Assembly (NCBI GenBank): GCA_030744915.1
Contig: JASLPO010000019.1
Coordinates: 28,410 to 92,409 of the forward strand
Length of the DNA: 64,000 nt
DNA from: Gammaproteobacteria bacterium
GTDB taxonomy: Bacteria; Pseudomonadota; Gammaproteobacteria; Pseudomonadales; Pseudohongiellaceae
Reading direction: 5' to 3'
Shown here: positions 31,575 through 41,936 of the stretch, piece by piece
How the letters are laid out: the number at the start of each line of letters is the position of its first letter
How positions within the stretch are numbered: the first letter of the stretch is position 1
Translations under genes and position numbers: made by a program
Notes under the pieces: model-generated
The model's database searches: none
The model's input: only the letters and a program-made list of their open reading frames with translations
Told to the model about the DNA's origin: nothing

Positions 31575-34202
31575 ATGTCTTCCAAATCTTCCACCAATCG
31601 TGGCTCGGATTCCTATACCCACCCCATTCCCAGCCGGGATGCAATCATCGAACAGCTGGAGAAGGTGGGTAAGCCGATTGCCCATGCAAAGCTCTGCAAA
31701 CAACTGGACATGCACGCCGAAGAACAGGTGGAAGGTATGCGGCGACGCCTCATTGCCATGAGCCGTGATGGCCAGATAATCAGCAACCGGCGTGGTGCGT
31801 ACGGCCTGGCGGCACACATGGACCTTATCAAGGGCCGCGTGCAGGGCACCAAGGATGGAGTCGGGTATTTCATGCCCGACGATGCTTCCGGTGACCTGTT
31901 TCTCGGACTGTGGGAAATGGACAAACTGTTCGATGGGGATAAGGTGCTGGCACGCTTTACCGGATTCGATAATCGGGGCCGCAAAGAAGGCACTGTGGTC
32001 GAAATTCTGCAACGGCGCTATGAACAGATCGTGGGGCGATTCTATCGGGAACATGGATTCGGGATTGTGGTTCCGGACAGCAAACGAATAGCCCATGAGA
32101 TCCTAATTCCGGAACAACAAACAGCCGGTGCCGTAGATGGCCAGTTCGTGGTCGCTGAGATTACCGAGTACCCCGCTCGACGCCACAAGGCAATTGCCCG
32201 CATCGTGGAGGTATTGGGAGACGTTGCAACACCGGGTCTGGAGATCGAAGTAGCGGTCCGTAGCCATGGTATTCCCCACCAGTGGCCTGCGGCGGTAAGC
32301 AAGGAATCCGCCCGGTTTGCCGAAGAAGTTGCCGAGAAAGAATTGGTTGGCCGATTCGATCTGCGTGACGTTCCCTTCGTAACCATCGATGGTGAAGACG
32401 CTAAAGATTTCGATGACGCGGTATTCGCCCATCGCCATCAGCGTGGCAACTGGACACTCTACGTTGCTATTGCCGATGTCTCCCACTACGTTTCCCTGAA
32501 CAGCGCTCTGGATGAAGAGGCGATCACGCGTGGAACCTCAGTCTATTTCCCCGGGCACGTAATCCCCATGTTGCCGGAAAAATTATCCAATGGGCTCTGC
32601 TCGCTCAAACCCAACGTCGATCGGCTGGCGATGGTTTGTGAAATGGAGATATCAGCGCGGGGTGAGATGGCAGGCTACTTATTCTACGAGGCGGTCATTC
32701 ATTCACACGCACGATTGACCTATACCGAGGTGGCGGACATCGTGCAGGAGCCTGGTACTGATACCCAGCAGAAGATACAACAGCGAATGCGCAGACGGCG
32801 CGGTGTGATCTCTGATCATCTGGACAATCTCCATTCGCTGTACAAGGCATTTCGCAGCCATCGCGAACGAAACGGAGCGCTGGATTTCGAGACAATAGAA
32901 ACGCGCATCATCTTCGGCGAAGACAAGAAAATTCGCGAGATAGTGCCTGTTGAGCGCAATGATGCACATCGCATGATTGAAGAGTGCATGCTCCGTGCAA
33001 ACATTGCCGCGGCTCAATTGCTGGAGAACTACCGGCTACCGGCTTTGTATCGTATTCACCAGGGTCCCAATCCGGACAAGCTGGAGAATTTGCGTGAGTT
33101 TCTTGGAGAATTGGGTCTGCATCTCGGCGGCGGTGAAGAACCTTCGCCAAGCGATTACCAGCAGACCATGCGGGTTATTGCAACACGCCCGGATCGACAC
33201 TTACTACAAACCATGTTGATCCGTTCCATGATGCAGGCGGTGTACCAGCCCGACAACATCGGGCACTTCGGTCTGGGATTCCCCACTTATACACACTTCA
33301 CCTCACCGATTCGCCGCTACCCGGACCTGTTGGTGCACCGCGCGATTCGTTTCCTGATTCGAAACCAGGCCGGGTCGCATCTGCAACGACATAAGGCAGC
33401 TCCGAAACTTCAACAGAACAAGATCTACCCCTACAGCAAAACCGACATGGATAGCTTCGGTGAAAGCTGTTCTGCCACCGAGCGTCGTGCCGATGCTGCC
33501 GGCTACAGTGTGCTCGACTGGCTGAAATGTGAATACATGCAGGATCATGTCGGCGATGAATTCGAAGGTACTGTATCCTCTGTTACCAGCTTTGGCCTGT
33601 TTGTCGAGTTGCGCGACATCTATATCGAGGGCCTAGTGCACATCACGGAACTGAGCAATGACTATTATCATTTTGACCCAGTGAGGCATTGCCTGGAAGG
33701 GGAACGCAGGCACACGGTTTATCGTCTTGGAGATACCGTTCGGGTAAGAGTCATGGGCGTCAATCTCGATGAGAAGAAGATCGACCTGCAAATGCTCAGC
33801 GATGGCTCGTCAGGCAAAGCATCCAAGGCTGGCAGGAAGGGCAAATCTCGTAAGGCCGACAAGCGTAGTGGGGACAAGTCAACAAAGCACCGAGCCAAGC
33901 GAAGTGACAAACAGAAGAAGGCATCGACAGCTTCAAAAAAATCAGCCAGTAATTCTCGCAATGCAGGTAAGAAGAAGACGAAGAAGGCGTCTACCCCTTC
34001 TAAGAAATCAACAGGGAGTTCTCGCAGTGGCACCAAAAGTAAGCCATCGGCTTCTTCCAAAAAATCATCGAAGAAGTCTCGAGGCGTTGTTAAGAAAAAG
34101 GCCCGGAATAAGCAGTCCGCAAATAAAAAAAGAGCAAAGAAACCCCCAACAAAAACTTCCAGACAACCCAAACGCGGCACTAAGAGCCGACGCACACGCT
34201 AA
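31575..34202 (+). CDS. rnr: ribonuclease R with long Lys-rich C-terminal tail
   Basis: RNB and S1 domains. The N-terminus MSSKSS...YTHPIPSRDAIIEQL parallels the E. coli RNase R N-terminus. An alternative ATG is at 31548, and the ORF-track start at 31473 would overlap the promoter region. Confidence 0.92.
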   Translation: MSSKSSTNRGSDSYTHPIPSRDAIIEQLEKVGKPIAHAKLCKQLDMHAEEQVEGMRRRLIAMSRDGQIISNRRGAYGLAAHMDLIKGRVQGTKDGVGYFMPDDASGDLFLGLWEMDKLFDGDKVLARFTGFDNRGRKEGTVVEILQRRYEQIVGRFYREHGFGIVVPDSKRIAHEILIPEQQTAGAVDGQFVVAEITEYPARRHKAIARIVEVLGDVATPGLEIEVAVRSHGIPHQWPAAVSKESARFAEEVAEKELVGRFDLRDVPFVTIDGEDAKDFDDAVFAHRHQRGNWTLYVAIADVSHYVSLNSALDEEAITRGTSVYFPGHVIPMLPEKLSNGLCSLKPNVDRLAMVCEMEISARGEMAGYLFYEAVIHSHARLTYTEVADIVQEPGTDTQQKIQQRMRRRRGVISDHLDNLHSLYKAFRSHRERNGALDFETIETRIIFGEDKKIREIVPVERNDAHRMIEECMLRANIAAAQLLENYRLPALYRIHQGPNPDKLENLREFLGELGLHLGGGEEPSPSDYQQTMRVIATRPDRHLLQTMLIRSMMQAVYQPDNIGHFGLGFPTYTHFTSPIRRYPDLLVHRAIRFLIRNQAGSHLQRHKAAPKLQQNKIYPYSKTDMDSFGESCSATERRADAAGYSVLDWLKCEYMQDHVGDEFEGTVSSVTSFGLFVELRDIYIEGLVHITELSNDYYHFDPVRHCLEGERRHTVYRLGDTVRVRVMGVNLDEKKIDLQMLSDGSSGKASKAGRKGKSRKADKRSGDKSTKHRAKRSDKQKKASTASKKSASNSRNAGKKKTKKASTPSKKSTGSSRSGTKSKPSASSKKSSKKSRGVVKKKARNKQSANKKRAKKPPTKTSRQPKRGTKSRRTR

Positions 34203-34951
34203 TGGCAACCGAGCAGAAACTCATTATTGGCATACATTCTGTTTCTGCGCTGTTATCGCAGAAACCTGAACAGATATCGGGATTACTTATCCAGGCCGGT
34301 CGCCGCGACAGACGCTTGCAGAAGCTGTTAGATAAGGCCAACAGCTCAGGCATCGCAATCGAAGAGTTGGATAAGAGTGAAATGGAGCGGCGAGTCGGTG
34401 GTGTTCACCAGGGTGTGGCCGCTCTCTATGAAGGCAGTGAGACCACTATGAACGAACCAGCACTTTTTCAGCTGCTGGATACGCTACAGACCGATCCGTT
34501 ACTGCTGGTTCTGGATGAAGTGACCGATCCCCATAATCTGGGTGCCTGCCTGCGCAGCGCCGATGCCGCCGGCGTACACGCGGTAATAATCCCCAAGGAT
34601 CGTGCTGCGCCCCTCACCGCCACCGTCAGCAAAGTGGCCAGCGGTGCGGCGGAAACGGTTAATCTGATTGTCGTGACAAACCTCGCCCGCTGCCTGCAGA
34701 AACTGAAACAACGGGGAATCTGGCTTGTGGGCACAGACGATCAGTCCGGGAAGCTGCTGTTCGAGCAGGATCTAACCGGGCCCTTAGCGCTGGTGCTTGG
34801 ATCAGAAGGCACGGGATTACGGCGTCTCACGCGGGAAACCTGCGATTTTCTGGTGGCCATCCCCATGGCAGGCGCTGTCAGTAGCCTGAACGTGTCTGTA
34901 GCCGCAGGTGTCGCCTTATTCGAGGCGGTCAGGCAGCGCCGCTCAGACTAG
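34202..34951 (+). CDS. rlmB: 23S rRNA (guanosine2251-2'-O)-methyltransferase
   Basis: 249 aa SpoU/TrmH family protein, immediately downstream of rnr as in E. coli and Pseudomonas. Confidence 0.93.
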   Translation: MATEQKLIIGIHSVSALLSQKPEQISGLLIQAGRRDRRLQKLLDKANSSGIAIEELDKSEMERRVGGVHQGVAALYEGSETTMNEPALFQLLDTLQTDPLLLVLDEVTDPHNLGACLRSADAAGVHAVIIPKDRAAPLTATVSKVASGAAETVNLIVVTNLARCLQKLKQRGIWLVGTDDQSGKLLFEQDLTGPLALVLGSEGTGLRRLTRETCDFLVAIPMAGAVSSLNVSVAAGVALFEAVRQRRSD

Positions 34952-34968
34952 AATTTGATAGTTTTTGG

Positions 34969-34997
34969 TTGCATAGCACCGGCAGTTTCTCTAGAAT
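34969..34997 (+). promoter_or_regulatory. candidate sigma-70 promoter of the rpsF operon
   Basis: TTGCAT (34969-34974), a 17-nt spacer, then TAGAAT (34992-34997). A ~100-nt leader follows, which could hold the S6:S18 autoregulatory structure (not verified). Confidence 0.45.
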
Positions 34998-35100
34998 TCC
35001 CGCTCTTTTGAACGGTGGAGCCCGGCTCTGCCCTACATAACTCCTTGCCTCACCGCGCACGCTAGTGTTTGTTGGGGGGCCGAAACCAAGAGGAGTCTCT

Positions 35101-35748
35101 ATGAGACACTATGAAGTAGTATTCCTGGTGCACCCCGACCAGTCCGAACAGGTCCCCGGGATGATCGAGCGCTACACCCAGGTGACGACCGAAGGCGGTG
35201 GCAAGATTCACCGCATGGAAGACTGGGGCAGGCGCCAGTTAGCCTATCCAATTAACAAGATTCACAAAGCCCATTACGTACTGATGAACATCGAATGTGG
35301 AGGTGAGACACTCGAAGAGCTGTCCACACTGTTCCGCTATAACGATGCCGTGCTGCGCAACCTGGTGATCAAATGCAAGGAACCCGTAACTGAGGAATCC
35401 TTGATTCTGAAGGGTGAGCGAGAAGGCAAGGAGCGGAAGGCTCGGGCCGAGGCCAAGCGTAAGCTGGAAGAAGAAGCGGCGGCAGCGCAAGCAGCAGCTA
35501 GAGCAAAAAGCGATGATGTGGAGCTCGATCCCGGATCGAGGTTGGAAGGCAGCGAAGAGGATTCGAATGCTGAGCCTGAAGTGGTTGAAACTGCAGCCGA
35601 AGAAGCCGCTGATGAAGCAGCCGATGAAGCAGCCGATGAAGCAGCCGATAAAGCAGCCGATGAAGCCGCCGATGAAGCCGCCGACGAGTTACCGGTGGAT
35701 GAGCAGGATTCCGCTGCACCAGATTCTGAAGAAGAGCAACCTTCTTAA
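35101..35748 (+). CDS. rpsF: 30S ribosomal protein S6 with ~100-aa acidic C-terminal extension
   Basis: Strong SD (aagaggag) before the ATG at 35101. [18 protein letters not shown] is canonical. The tail contains (AADE)n. Confidence 0.93.
   Translation: MRHYEVVFLVHPDQSEQVPGMIERYTQVTTEGGGKIHRMEDWGRRQLAYPINKIHKAHYVLMNIECGGETLEELSTLFRYNDAVLRNLVIKCKEPVTEESLILKGEREGKERKARAEAKRKLEEEAAAAQAAARAKSDDVELDPGSRLEGSEEDSNAEPEVVETAAEEAADEAADEAADEAADKAADEAADEAADELPVDEQDSAAPDSEEEQPS
35593..35688 (+). repeat. 8 tandem copies of a 12-bp unit (gcagccgatgaa) encoding (AADE/AAEE/AADK)
   Basis: Read directly within the rpsF 3' region. Confidence 0.9.
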
Positions 35749-35773
35749 CATTACTTAAAACAGGAAAGCGATT

Positions 35774-36004
35774 ATGGCTCGTTATTTTCGTCGGCGTAAA
35801 TTCTGCAAATTTACTGCAGAAGGCACCAAGGAAATAGATTACAAGGATCTGGAAACCCTGAAGGCCTATGTATCTGAGACCGGGAAGATCGTCCCGAGTC
35901 GTATCACCGGTACCAAGGCGCGCTATCAACGGCAGCTGGCAACAGCAATCAAGAGAGCAAGATACCTGGCGTTGATTCCGTATACGGACAGTCACCAGGT
36001 ATAA
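35774..36004 (+). CDS. rpsR: 30S ribosomal protein S18
   Basis: [17 protein letters not shown] is canonical. 76 aa. No priB lies between rpsF and rpsR. Confidence 0.97.
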   Translation: MARYFRRRKFCKFTAEGTKEIDYKDLETLKAYVSETGKIVPSRITGTKARYQRQLATAIKRARYLALIPYTDSHQV

Positions 36005-36015
36005 CTGGTAACCCA

Positions 36016-36852
36016 ATGCGCGGCCTTGCTGAATTCGTGATGAGCGGGCGGAAGCAGGCCATTCTGGCAGTAGTACTGCTTGGCCTGATTCCAATGGTTA
36101 ACTTGCTTAGCCCGGTTGTGGTTGGGCTGGTGTTGTTGCGCAAGGGTGCGCAGGAAGCCGGCATCATTCTCGCCTGGGCAGTTTTACCCATTGGTGCCTG
36201 GGCGATGGCGGGAAATGTCCCTCCGCTCATCCTGTTAATTGGTATTAGCGGCCTGGCAGGGATACTGCGAAAAACGGAGTCCTGGGAATTTACGCTGTTG
36301 GCTGCCATAGTAATCGGAGTGGCTGTAGAGACCTATCTACGATTGCAGCCCGCAGTATTGGATGTGGTGTTTCAACAGCTGGAACTGTATTTGGAAACAA
36401 ACAACTTGCAGGGTCTGCAAGTCGGTGGAGAAGGTGCTCAGCTTGAAGTTTTGCGGGAAACCTTTACCAGCTTTCTCGGTGCGATCTACATGTTTCTGGC
36501 AATCCTATTGCTGATGTTGGCGCGCTGGATGCAGGCCAGCTTGTTCAATCCAGGAGGTTTTCAGCAGGAATTTCATGCCCTGCGAATAGAACAGAAAGTC
36601 GCGTTGGTCCTGCTGGGATTAATGTTGTTGGCTAGCTTTCAGGTGTTGATACCACAAACCTGGATGCTTTATCTGATTTTGCCGCTGGTGTTTTCCGGGA
36701 TGGCCCTAGTACACGCATTTGCAGCGAAGAATAAGCTGTCTTCCCTGTGGTTGGCAGCCCTGTATGCTGTGCTGATGTTGCCGGTAGTAGTCAATCTGAT
36801 AGTGCTGCTGGCGCTGGTAGACAGTTGGTATAACTTTAGAAAACGGTTTTAG
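36016..36852 (+). CDS. conserved hypothetical polytopic membrane protein between rpsR and rplI
   Basis: 278 aa with at least 6 hydrophobic helices. From memory, pseudomonads have an uncharacterised membrane protein in the same position. Confidence 0.6.
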   Translation: MRGLAEFVMSGRKQAILAVVLLGLIPMVNLLSPVVVGLVLLRKGAQEAGIILAWAVLPIGAWAMAGNVPPLILLIGISGLAGILRKTESWEFTLLAAIVIGVAVETYLRLQPAVLDVVFQQLELYLETNNLQGLQVGGEGAQLEVLRETFTSFLGAIYMFLAILLLMLARWMQASLFNPGGFQQEFHALRIEQKVALVLLGLMLLASFQVLIPQTWMLYLILPLVFSGMALVHAFAAKNKLSSLWLAALYAVLMLPVVVNLIVLLALVDSWYNFRKRF

Positions 36853-36939
36853 GAGACAGATCACGTTTTTCTAACCTGATAGTAGATCGAGAGTTGTTAG
36901 AAAAACGCAGCCTGTCCTCATTTTTACGAGGAACGAATC

Positions 36940-37551
36940 ATGAACGTAATCTTGCTGGAAAGGATTGGCAAGCTTGGTGAAATTGGCGATACGGCTAATG
37001 TGAAATCAGGCTATGCCAGGAACTTTTTGTTTCCACAGGGTAAGGCTATTCCAGCCACCAAAGATAACCTGGTGGAATTCGAGCAGCGTAAAGCTGAACT
37101 GCTTGCTGCTCACGATGAGAAAGTGGGTGTAGCACAAGGCAGAGCGACCAAAGTTGACGGCGCTACCCTCAGCATCGAAGTTAACGCCAGCGATGAAGGC
37201 AAGCTGTTTGGTTCGGTTGGCACCCGTGACATCGCCGATGCGCTGAACGCCAAGCAGTCGTCGGATATCGTCAAGAGCGAAGTGCTGATGCCCCATGGTA
37301 TTATTCGCGAAGTGGGCGACTACGAGATTGTGCTGGACCTGGGCCAGGATGTGCACGCCAACATTTCGGTAGCCGTGGTTGGTCAGCAATCGGCCGCCGA
37401 CGTGACCGATGACGGCAGTATCATCGAGGAAATCGACGAAGCCGAAGCGGCTGAAGCAGAAGCTGCCGCCGAAGCCGAAGAGAGCGCTGTTGCAGAAGAA
37501 TCTGCCGAAACGCAAGCTGAAGAAGTCGATGGCTCGAATTCCGCCGAGTAA
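36940..37551 (+). CDS. rplI: 50S ribosomal protein L9 with ~55-aa acidic C-terminal extension
   Basis: MNVILLERIGKLGEIGDTANVKSGYARNFLFPQGKA is canonical. 203 aa versus about 149 aa in E. coli. Confidence 0.95.
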   Translation: MNVILLERIGKLGEIGDTANVKSGYARNFLFPQGKAIPATKDNLVEFEQRKAELLAAHDEKVGVAQGRATKVDGATLSIEVNASDEGKLFGSVGTRDIADALNAKQSSDIVKSEVLMPHGIIREVGDYEIVLDLGQDVHANISVAVVGQQSAADVTDDGSIIEEIDEAEAAEAEAAAEAEESAVAEESAETQAEEVDGSNSAE

Positions 37552-37595
37552 AGAGTTTGAAAGTGGCGGGTCTGCTTGACCTGCTTACGTGCATG

Positions 37596-37631
37596 AAGCA
37601 CCATCTGTAGCACAGCATGGTGCTTTTTTTT
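37596..37631 (+). terminator. rho-independent terminator after rplI
   Basis: Stem aagcaccat / atggtgctt with a 12-nt loop, followed by a T8 run. Confidence 0.7.
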
Positions 37632-37647
37632 GTCTCCCACATGATCA

Positions 37648-39075
37648 ATGACTGAATCATTCGAAGCCAGTGGCCAGCCTACCCAGGATAAGAAGACCTC
37701 TAATCTGGCGGCATTGAAGGTCCCCCCACATTCCGTTGAAGCCGAGCAGGCTGTGCTCGGAGGCCTGATGATCGACAATACCGAGTGGCACAATGTCGCT
37801 GACCGGTTGTTGCCGGAAGATTTCTATCGTCCCGAACACCAGCTCATCTTCAACGTGATGATGCAGCGCGGCGAAGTCAGCAGCCCTATCGACGTGGTGA
37901 CGCTGACGGAATCTCTTGACAGCCTCAATCAGTTGGAGAGTGCCGGAGGAACCGACTATCTGACTGAGTTGGTGGGTAATGCTCGTGGCACAGCGAATAT
38001 GGCTGCCTATACCGAGATCATCCGGGGAAGAGCAATACTGCGGCGATTGATTTCAGTGGCACACGGCATCGCCGACAGCGGCTACAACCCGGCGGGTAAG
38101 AAGACTGATGCCATACTGGACGAGGCCGAAGAGCAGGTCTTCAAGGTCAACGATGAGCGCGCCTTGGGGGCGGGGCCGATGCATATAACGCCCCTGGTCA
38201 CCGCCGCCGTCGATAGAATCGATGAACTGGCCGGACTGGATGGCGAATTAACCGGGCTCACCAGCGGTTTCAAGGATTTGGATAAATTGACATTGGGTTG
38301 GCAGAGATCCGACCTGATCATCGTCGCAGGCCGGCCCTCCATGGGCAAGACGGCATTCGCCATGAATCTGGTTGAAAATTCGATAATGCACAGCGACGAT
38401 GCCGTCGTGGTCTTCAGTCTGGAGATGCCGGCAGAAAGCCTGATCTTCAGGATGCTCTCCTCCATCGGCAAGATCGACCAGACCCGATTGCGTACCGGTA
38501 ACCTTACCGAAGCAGACTGGCCCGGCTTTAATTCTGCCGTGAAGAAGCTGAAAGACCGTCCACTCTATATCGATGAAAGTGCCGGTATCACACCGATGGA
38601 GATGCGTGCACGGCTGCGCCGTATCGAGAGCAAACTAAAACACGAAAAAACGAAACTGGGCCTGGTGGTGGTCGACTATCTGCAGTTGATGCAGCTCAAA
38701 AACACTAAAGAGAATCGGGTAGGGGAGATTTCCGAAATATCCCGTTCGCTTAAACTGCTGGCGCGGGATTTTAAGTGTCCGGTCGTGGCATTGTCACAGT
38801 TGAATCGCGGCCTGGAACAGCGACCCAACAAACGACCGGTCATGTCTGACCTGCGGGAGTCGGGCGCCATAGAACAGGATGCCGATGTCATTACCTTTAT
38901 CTACCGGGATGAAGTTTACAACGAGGACTCGCCGGACAAGGGTGTGGCCGAGATCATAATAGGCAAGCAGAGAAATGGTCCGATCGGCACCGTTCGGTTA
39001 AGCTTCTTAGGACAATTCACCCGCTTCGAAAGTCACGCTCAGCCCAGGTATGACGACAGTTATACACATGGATAG
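37648..39075 (+). CDS. dnaB: replicative DNA helicase
   Basis: 475 aa with PPHSVEAEQAVLGGLM and Walker A GRPSMGKTAF. Confidence 0.97.
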   Translation: MTESFEASGQPTQDKKTSNLAALKVPPHSVEAEQAVLGGLMIDNTEWHNVADRLLPEDFYRPEHQLIFNVMMQRGEVSSPIDVVTLTESLDSLNQLESAGGTDYLTELVGNARGTANMAAYTEIIRGRAILRRLISVAHGIADSGYNPAGKKTDAILDEAEEQVFKVNDERALGAGPMHITPLVTAAVDRIDELAGLDGELTGLTSGFKDLDKLTLGWQRSDLIIVAGRPSMGKTAFAMNLVENSIMHSDDAVVVFSLEMPAESLIFRMLSSIGKIDQTRLRTGNLTEADWPGFNSAVKKLKDRPLYIDESAGITPMEMRARLRRIESKLKHEKTKLGLVVVDYLQLMQLKNTKENRVGEISEISRSLKLLARDFKCPVVALSQLNRGLEQRPNKRPVMSDLRESGAIEQDADVITFIYRDEVYNEDSPDKGVAEIIIGKQRNGPIGTVRLSFLGQFTRFESHAQPRYDDSYTHG

Positions 39076-39178
39076 CAGGTAATCACGGGCATACAGCAGT
39101 ACCGTCCGCAGGGAATAGAAATGCCCCTCTTAATTAGTCACATGAAACCTGGCTGGCAGAACCAATCTGGGACAGGGA

Positions 39179-40324
39179 ATGACTGAACCCACCAAACGGG
39201 CATGGGCCACCATCGATCTCAACGCGCTTAGAAAGAACCTGGCACGGGTACGTGCGCTCTGTCCCGAATCGAAGATTATCCCGGTCATAAAGTCCAATGC
39301 CTATGGTCATGGAATGGAACAGGCGGCCAGGGCGTTGAAAGATTCCCATACCCGGATAACTGCATTCGCAGTAGCAACCCTGACAGAAGCGCTCGAACTT
39401 AAACAGCTCAATCTGGAGAGTCCGATCCTGCTGTTAAATGGATTCGTGAACGCTGAAGAACTGGCTCTATGTTTGGAAGCCGTTATCGAACCGCTCATAC
39501 ATTCTCCCTACCAGGTTGAGCTGTTGGAAGCACAATTCTCAGCCGAGATTCTCGGCGACAAACGCAAGCTCTGGCTGAAGCACAATTCAGGCATGAATCG
39601 CCTGGGCATGACCGCCGAGTCCTGTGTCCAGGCGTATACCAGGCTGCACAAGTTTCCTGGTACCGAGTTTGTTCTGATGACCCATCTCGGCTACGCCGAC
39701 GATATGAACAATCCCGACTCTCGTGAATTCACTGCCAGTCAGATGGACAAATTCAAAGCCGTTCATAAAGAAGTGGAGGCTGCCAGGCAGGAACCAGTCC
39801 CCTGCAGCGTAGCGGCTTCGGCAGGCATACTCACACTACCGGACACCCATCTTGATTTCGTCAGGCCCGGTGTAATGCTCTATGGCAGCTCACCCCTGGC
39901 GAATGAAACAGGTGAAGAAATTGGCCTGCAACCGGTAATGACGCTGTCGTCCCGGTTAATCGCAATTCACGACTTAAATGCTGGAGACGCGGTTGGCTAT
40001 AACGCCGGTTATGTGTGCGACCGGGATACTCGAGTCGGTATAGTCTCCATCGGCTATGGCGATGGCTATCCCCGCTCCGCTGGGAATGGGACTCCGGTTC
40101 TAATCAAGACCCAGACGGGTTCAACCCGAACCCGTCTCATTGGTAGAGTCTCCATGGACATGATCGCCGTCGATCTTTCCGGAATCGAGGCTGCCAGTGT
40201 CAACGATGAGGTCGTGCTGTGGGGAGCTGGCCTCTGTGCTGACGAAGTGGCCCGCGCAGCCCAGACTATTGCGTACGAGCTATTTTGCAAAGTGACTCGG
40301 CGTGTAGATTATGTCTACCTGTAG
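39179..40324 (+). CDS. alr: alanine racemase
   Basis: 381 aa with PLP-Lys motif VIKSNAYGHG. Downstream of dnaB as in pseudomonads. Confidence 0.93.
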   Translation: MTEPTKRAWATIDLNALRKNLARVRALCPESKIIPVIKSNAYGHGMEQAARALKDSHTRITAFAVATLTEALELKQLNLESPILLLNGFVNAEELALCLEAVIEPLIHSPYQVELLEAQFSAEILGDKRKLWLKHNSGMNRLGMTAESCVQAYTRLHKFPGTEFVLMTHLGYADDMNNPDSREFTASQMDKFKAVHKEVEAARQEPVPCSVAASAGILTLPDTHLDFVRPGVMLYGSSPLANETGEEIGLQPVMTLSSRLIAIHDLNAGDAVGYNAGYVCDRDTRVGIVSIGYGDGYPRSAGNGTPVLIKTQTGSTRTRLIGRVSMDMIAVDLSGIEAASVNDEVVLWGAGLCADEVARAAQTIAYELFCKVTRRVDYVYL

Positions 40325-40439
40325 CTCGGTTCGGATGGCTCTGGCTAACGCTTTATTCTGAGGTGATTGAGAAGGGCTAAAACTTGTCAGGAAATAGAAT
40401 TCGGGACTACAAATAGAAGGAAGCAGGATCAGTTCAGCT

Positions 40440-41813
40440 ATGGCAAAAACCAAGACAGCATTTGTTTGTACGGACTGCGGCGCTGAACATGGCCAGTGGC
40501 AGGGGCAGTGTGTCGCCTGTAAAGCCTGGAATACACTCTCCCAGCTCAATTTGGGCGCCAGCAGTTCACCGGCGACCAAGGCGGATTTTCGCAAGCCCGG
40601 TTATTCCGGCGAGCAATCTAATGTACAGAATCTGTCGGACATCGATCTGCAAGCCCTGCCCCGCTATCCCAGCAGTATCGGTGAATTGGACAGGGTGCTG
40701 GGTGGAGGGCTGGTGCCTGGGTCGGTGGTACTCATTGGCGGCAATCCGGGTGCCGGTAAGAGTACTCTGCTACTGCAGGTCATGTGTCAGCTCGCTCACA
40801 CGGGTAAACCCGCACTGTATGTCACCGGCGAGGAATCCCTGCAACAGGTTGGCATGCGGGCCAGGCGCTTGGGTCTTCCCGAAGCCAAGTTGCAGATGTT
40901 GGCGGAAACCAATGTCGAACAGATTGTTCAGGCCGCCCAACAGCATGCACCGGAACTGCTTGTAGTCGATTCCATACAGGTCATGCACAGTGCCGACGTG
41001 GCTTCGGCGCCAGGCAGCGTGTCCCAGGTGCGCGAATGCGCCGCTTACCTGATCCAATATGCCAAGCAGACCAACACCGTATTGTTCCTGGTAGGGCACG
41101 TGACCAAGGAAGGCAACCTGGCCGGGCCCAAGGTGCTGGAACACATGATCGATTGTTTCATCATGCTGGAGGGTGGCGACGATAATAAGTACCGCATCCT
41201 GCGCGGCTTGAAGAATCGCTTCGGCGCTGTTAATGAGCTGGGTGTCTTCGCCATGACCGAACAGGGGCTGAAGGAAGTCAAAAATCCCTCGGCGATATTT
41301 CTCGCCCGGTCAGAAGAAGACGCGCCCGGCTCGCTGGTCATGGTGCTCTGGGAAGGAACGCGCCCGCTACTGGTGGAGATTCAGGCACTGGTGGATAACA
41401 GCCCGCTGGGTAATCCTCGCCGTGTGGCCGTGGGTCTGGAACAGAATCGGCTGGCCATGCTGCTGGCGGTGTTGCATCGACACGGTGGGCTCTACATGGC
41501 TGACCAGGACGTGTTCGTCAATGTGGTCGGTGGCGTGAAAGTCAGCGAGACCAGCGCCGATCTGGCACTGCTGTTAGCCATCGTGTCGAGTTTTCGCGAT
41601 CGGCCGTTGCCAAGAGACCTGGTGGTCTTCGGTGAAGTAGGACTGGCCGGCGAGATTCGACCGGTACCGGGAGGACAGGAGCGCTTGCAGGAGGCAGTCA
41701 AACATGGGTTCACAAGGGCAATCGTTCCAAAAGCCAACGCGCCAAAGAAAGCAATTAAGGGTATTGAGGTTGTTGCCGTTAGCAAAATCGTCCAGGCGCT
41801 TGAAGCGATCTAA
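40440..41813 (+). CDS. radA: DNA repair protein RadA/Sms
   Basis: Zinc finger CTDCGAEHGQWQGQCVACKAWNT, Walker A GNPGAGKST, KNRFG motif and a Lon-like C-terminal domain. Confidence 0.97.
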   Translation: MAKTKTAFVCTDCGAEHGQWQGQCVACKAWNTLSQLNLGASSSPATKADFRKPGYSGEQSNVQNLSDIDLQALPRYPSSIGELDRVLGGGLVPGSVVLIGGNPGAGKSTLLLQVMCQLAHTGKPALYVTGEESLQQVGMRARRLGLPEAKLQMLAETNVEQIVQAAQQHAPELLVVDSIQVMHSADVASAPGSVSQVRECAAYLIQYAKQTNTVLFLVGHVTKEGNLAGPKVLEHMIDCFIMLEGGDDNKYRILRGLKNRFGAVNELGVFAMTEQGLKEVKNPSAIFLARSEEDAPGSLVMVLWEGTRPLLVEIQALVDNSPLGNPRRVAVGLEQNRLAMLLAVLHRHGGLYMADQDVFVNVVGGVKVSETSADLALLLAIVSSFRDRPLPRDLVVFGEVGLAGEIRPVPGGQERLQEAVKHGFTRAIVPKANAPKKAIKGIEVVAVSKIVQALEAI

Positions 41814-41854
41814 CAAAGGGGTATTACGGTAAAGAATTGCTCCAGGGATTAACA

Positions 41855-41936
41855 GGGTCAGGTCCTTCATGTTAGCAGATGGTCGTGTTGAAGCGTGATG
41901 ACGTGATAACAAGAAAGACTTGGCTCCCCCAGTGCC
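41855..41936 (+). repeat. left copy of ~82-bp direct repeat flanking the repeat-protein cassette
   Basis: gggtcaggtccttcatgttagcagatggtcgtgttgaagcgtgatgacgtgataacaagaaagacttggctcccccagtgcc aligns at about 80% identity with 45315-45397. It contains an internal hairpin gttagc...g(c/a)taac. Confidence 0.8.

Noticed and set aside
33719-34269. Alternative-frame ORFs (33719-34195 minus, 33769-34269 plus) in the rnr 3' end
   Set aside because: These are artefacts of the AAG/AAA-rich Lys-tail coding region of RNase R.
35498-36094. 198-aa antisense ORF with RRLH/RLLH repeats
   Set aside because: It is the reverse-strand reading of the (AADE)n repeat of rpsF and also overlaps rpsR. Both ribosomal genes are unambiguous.
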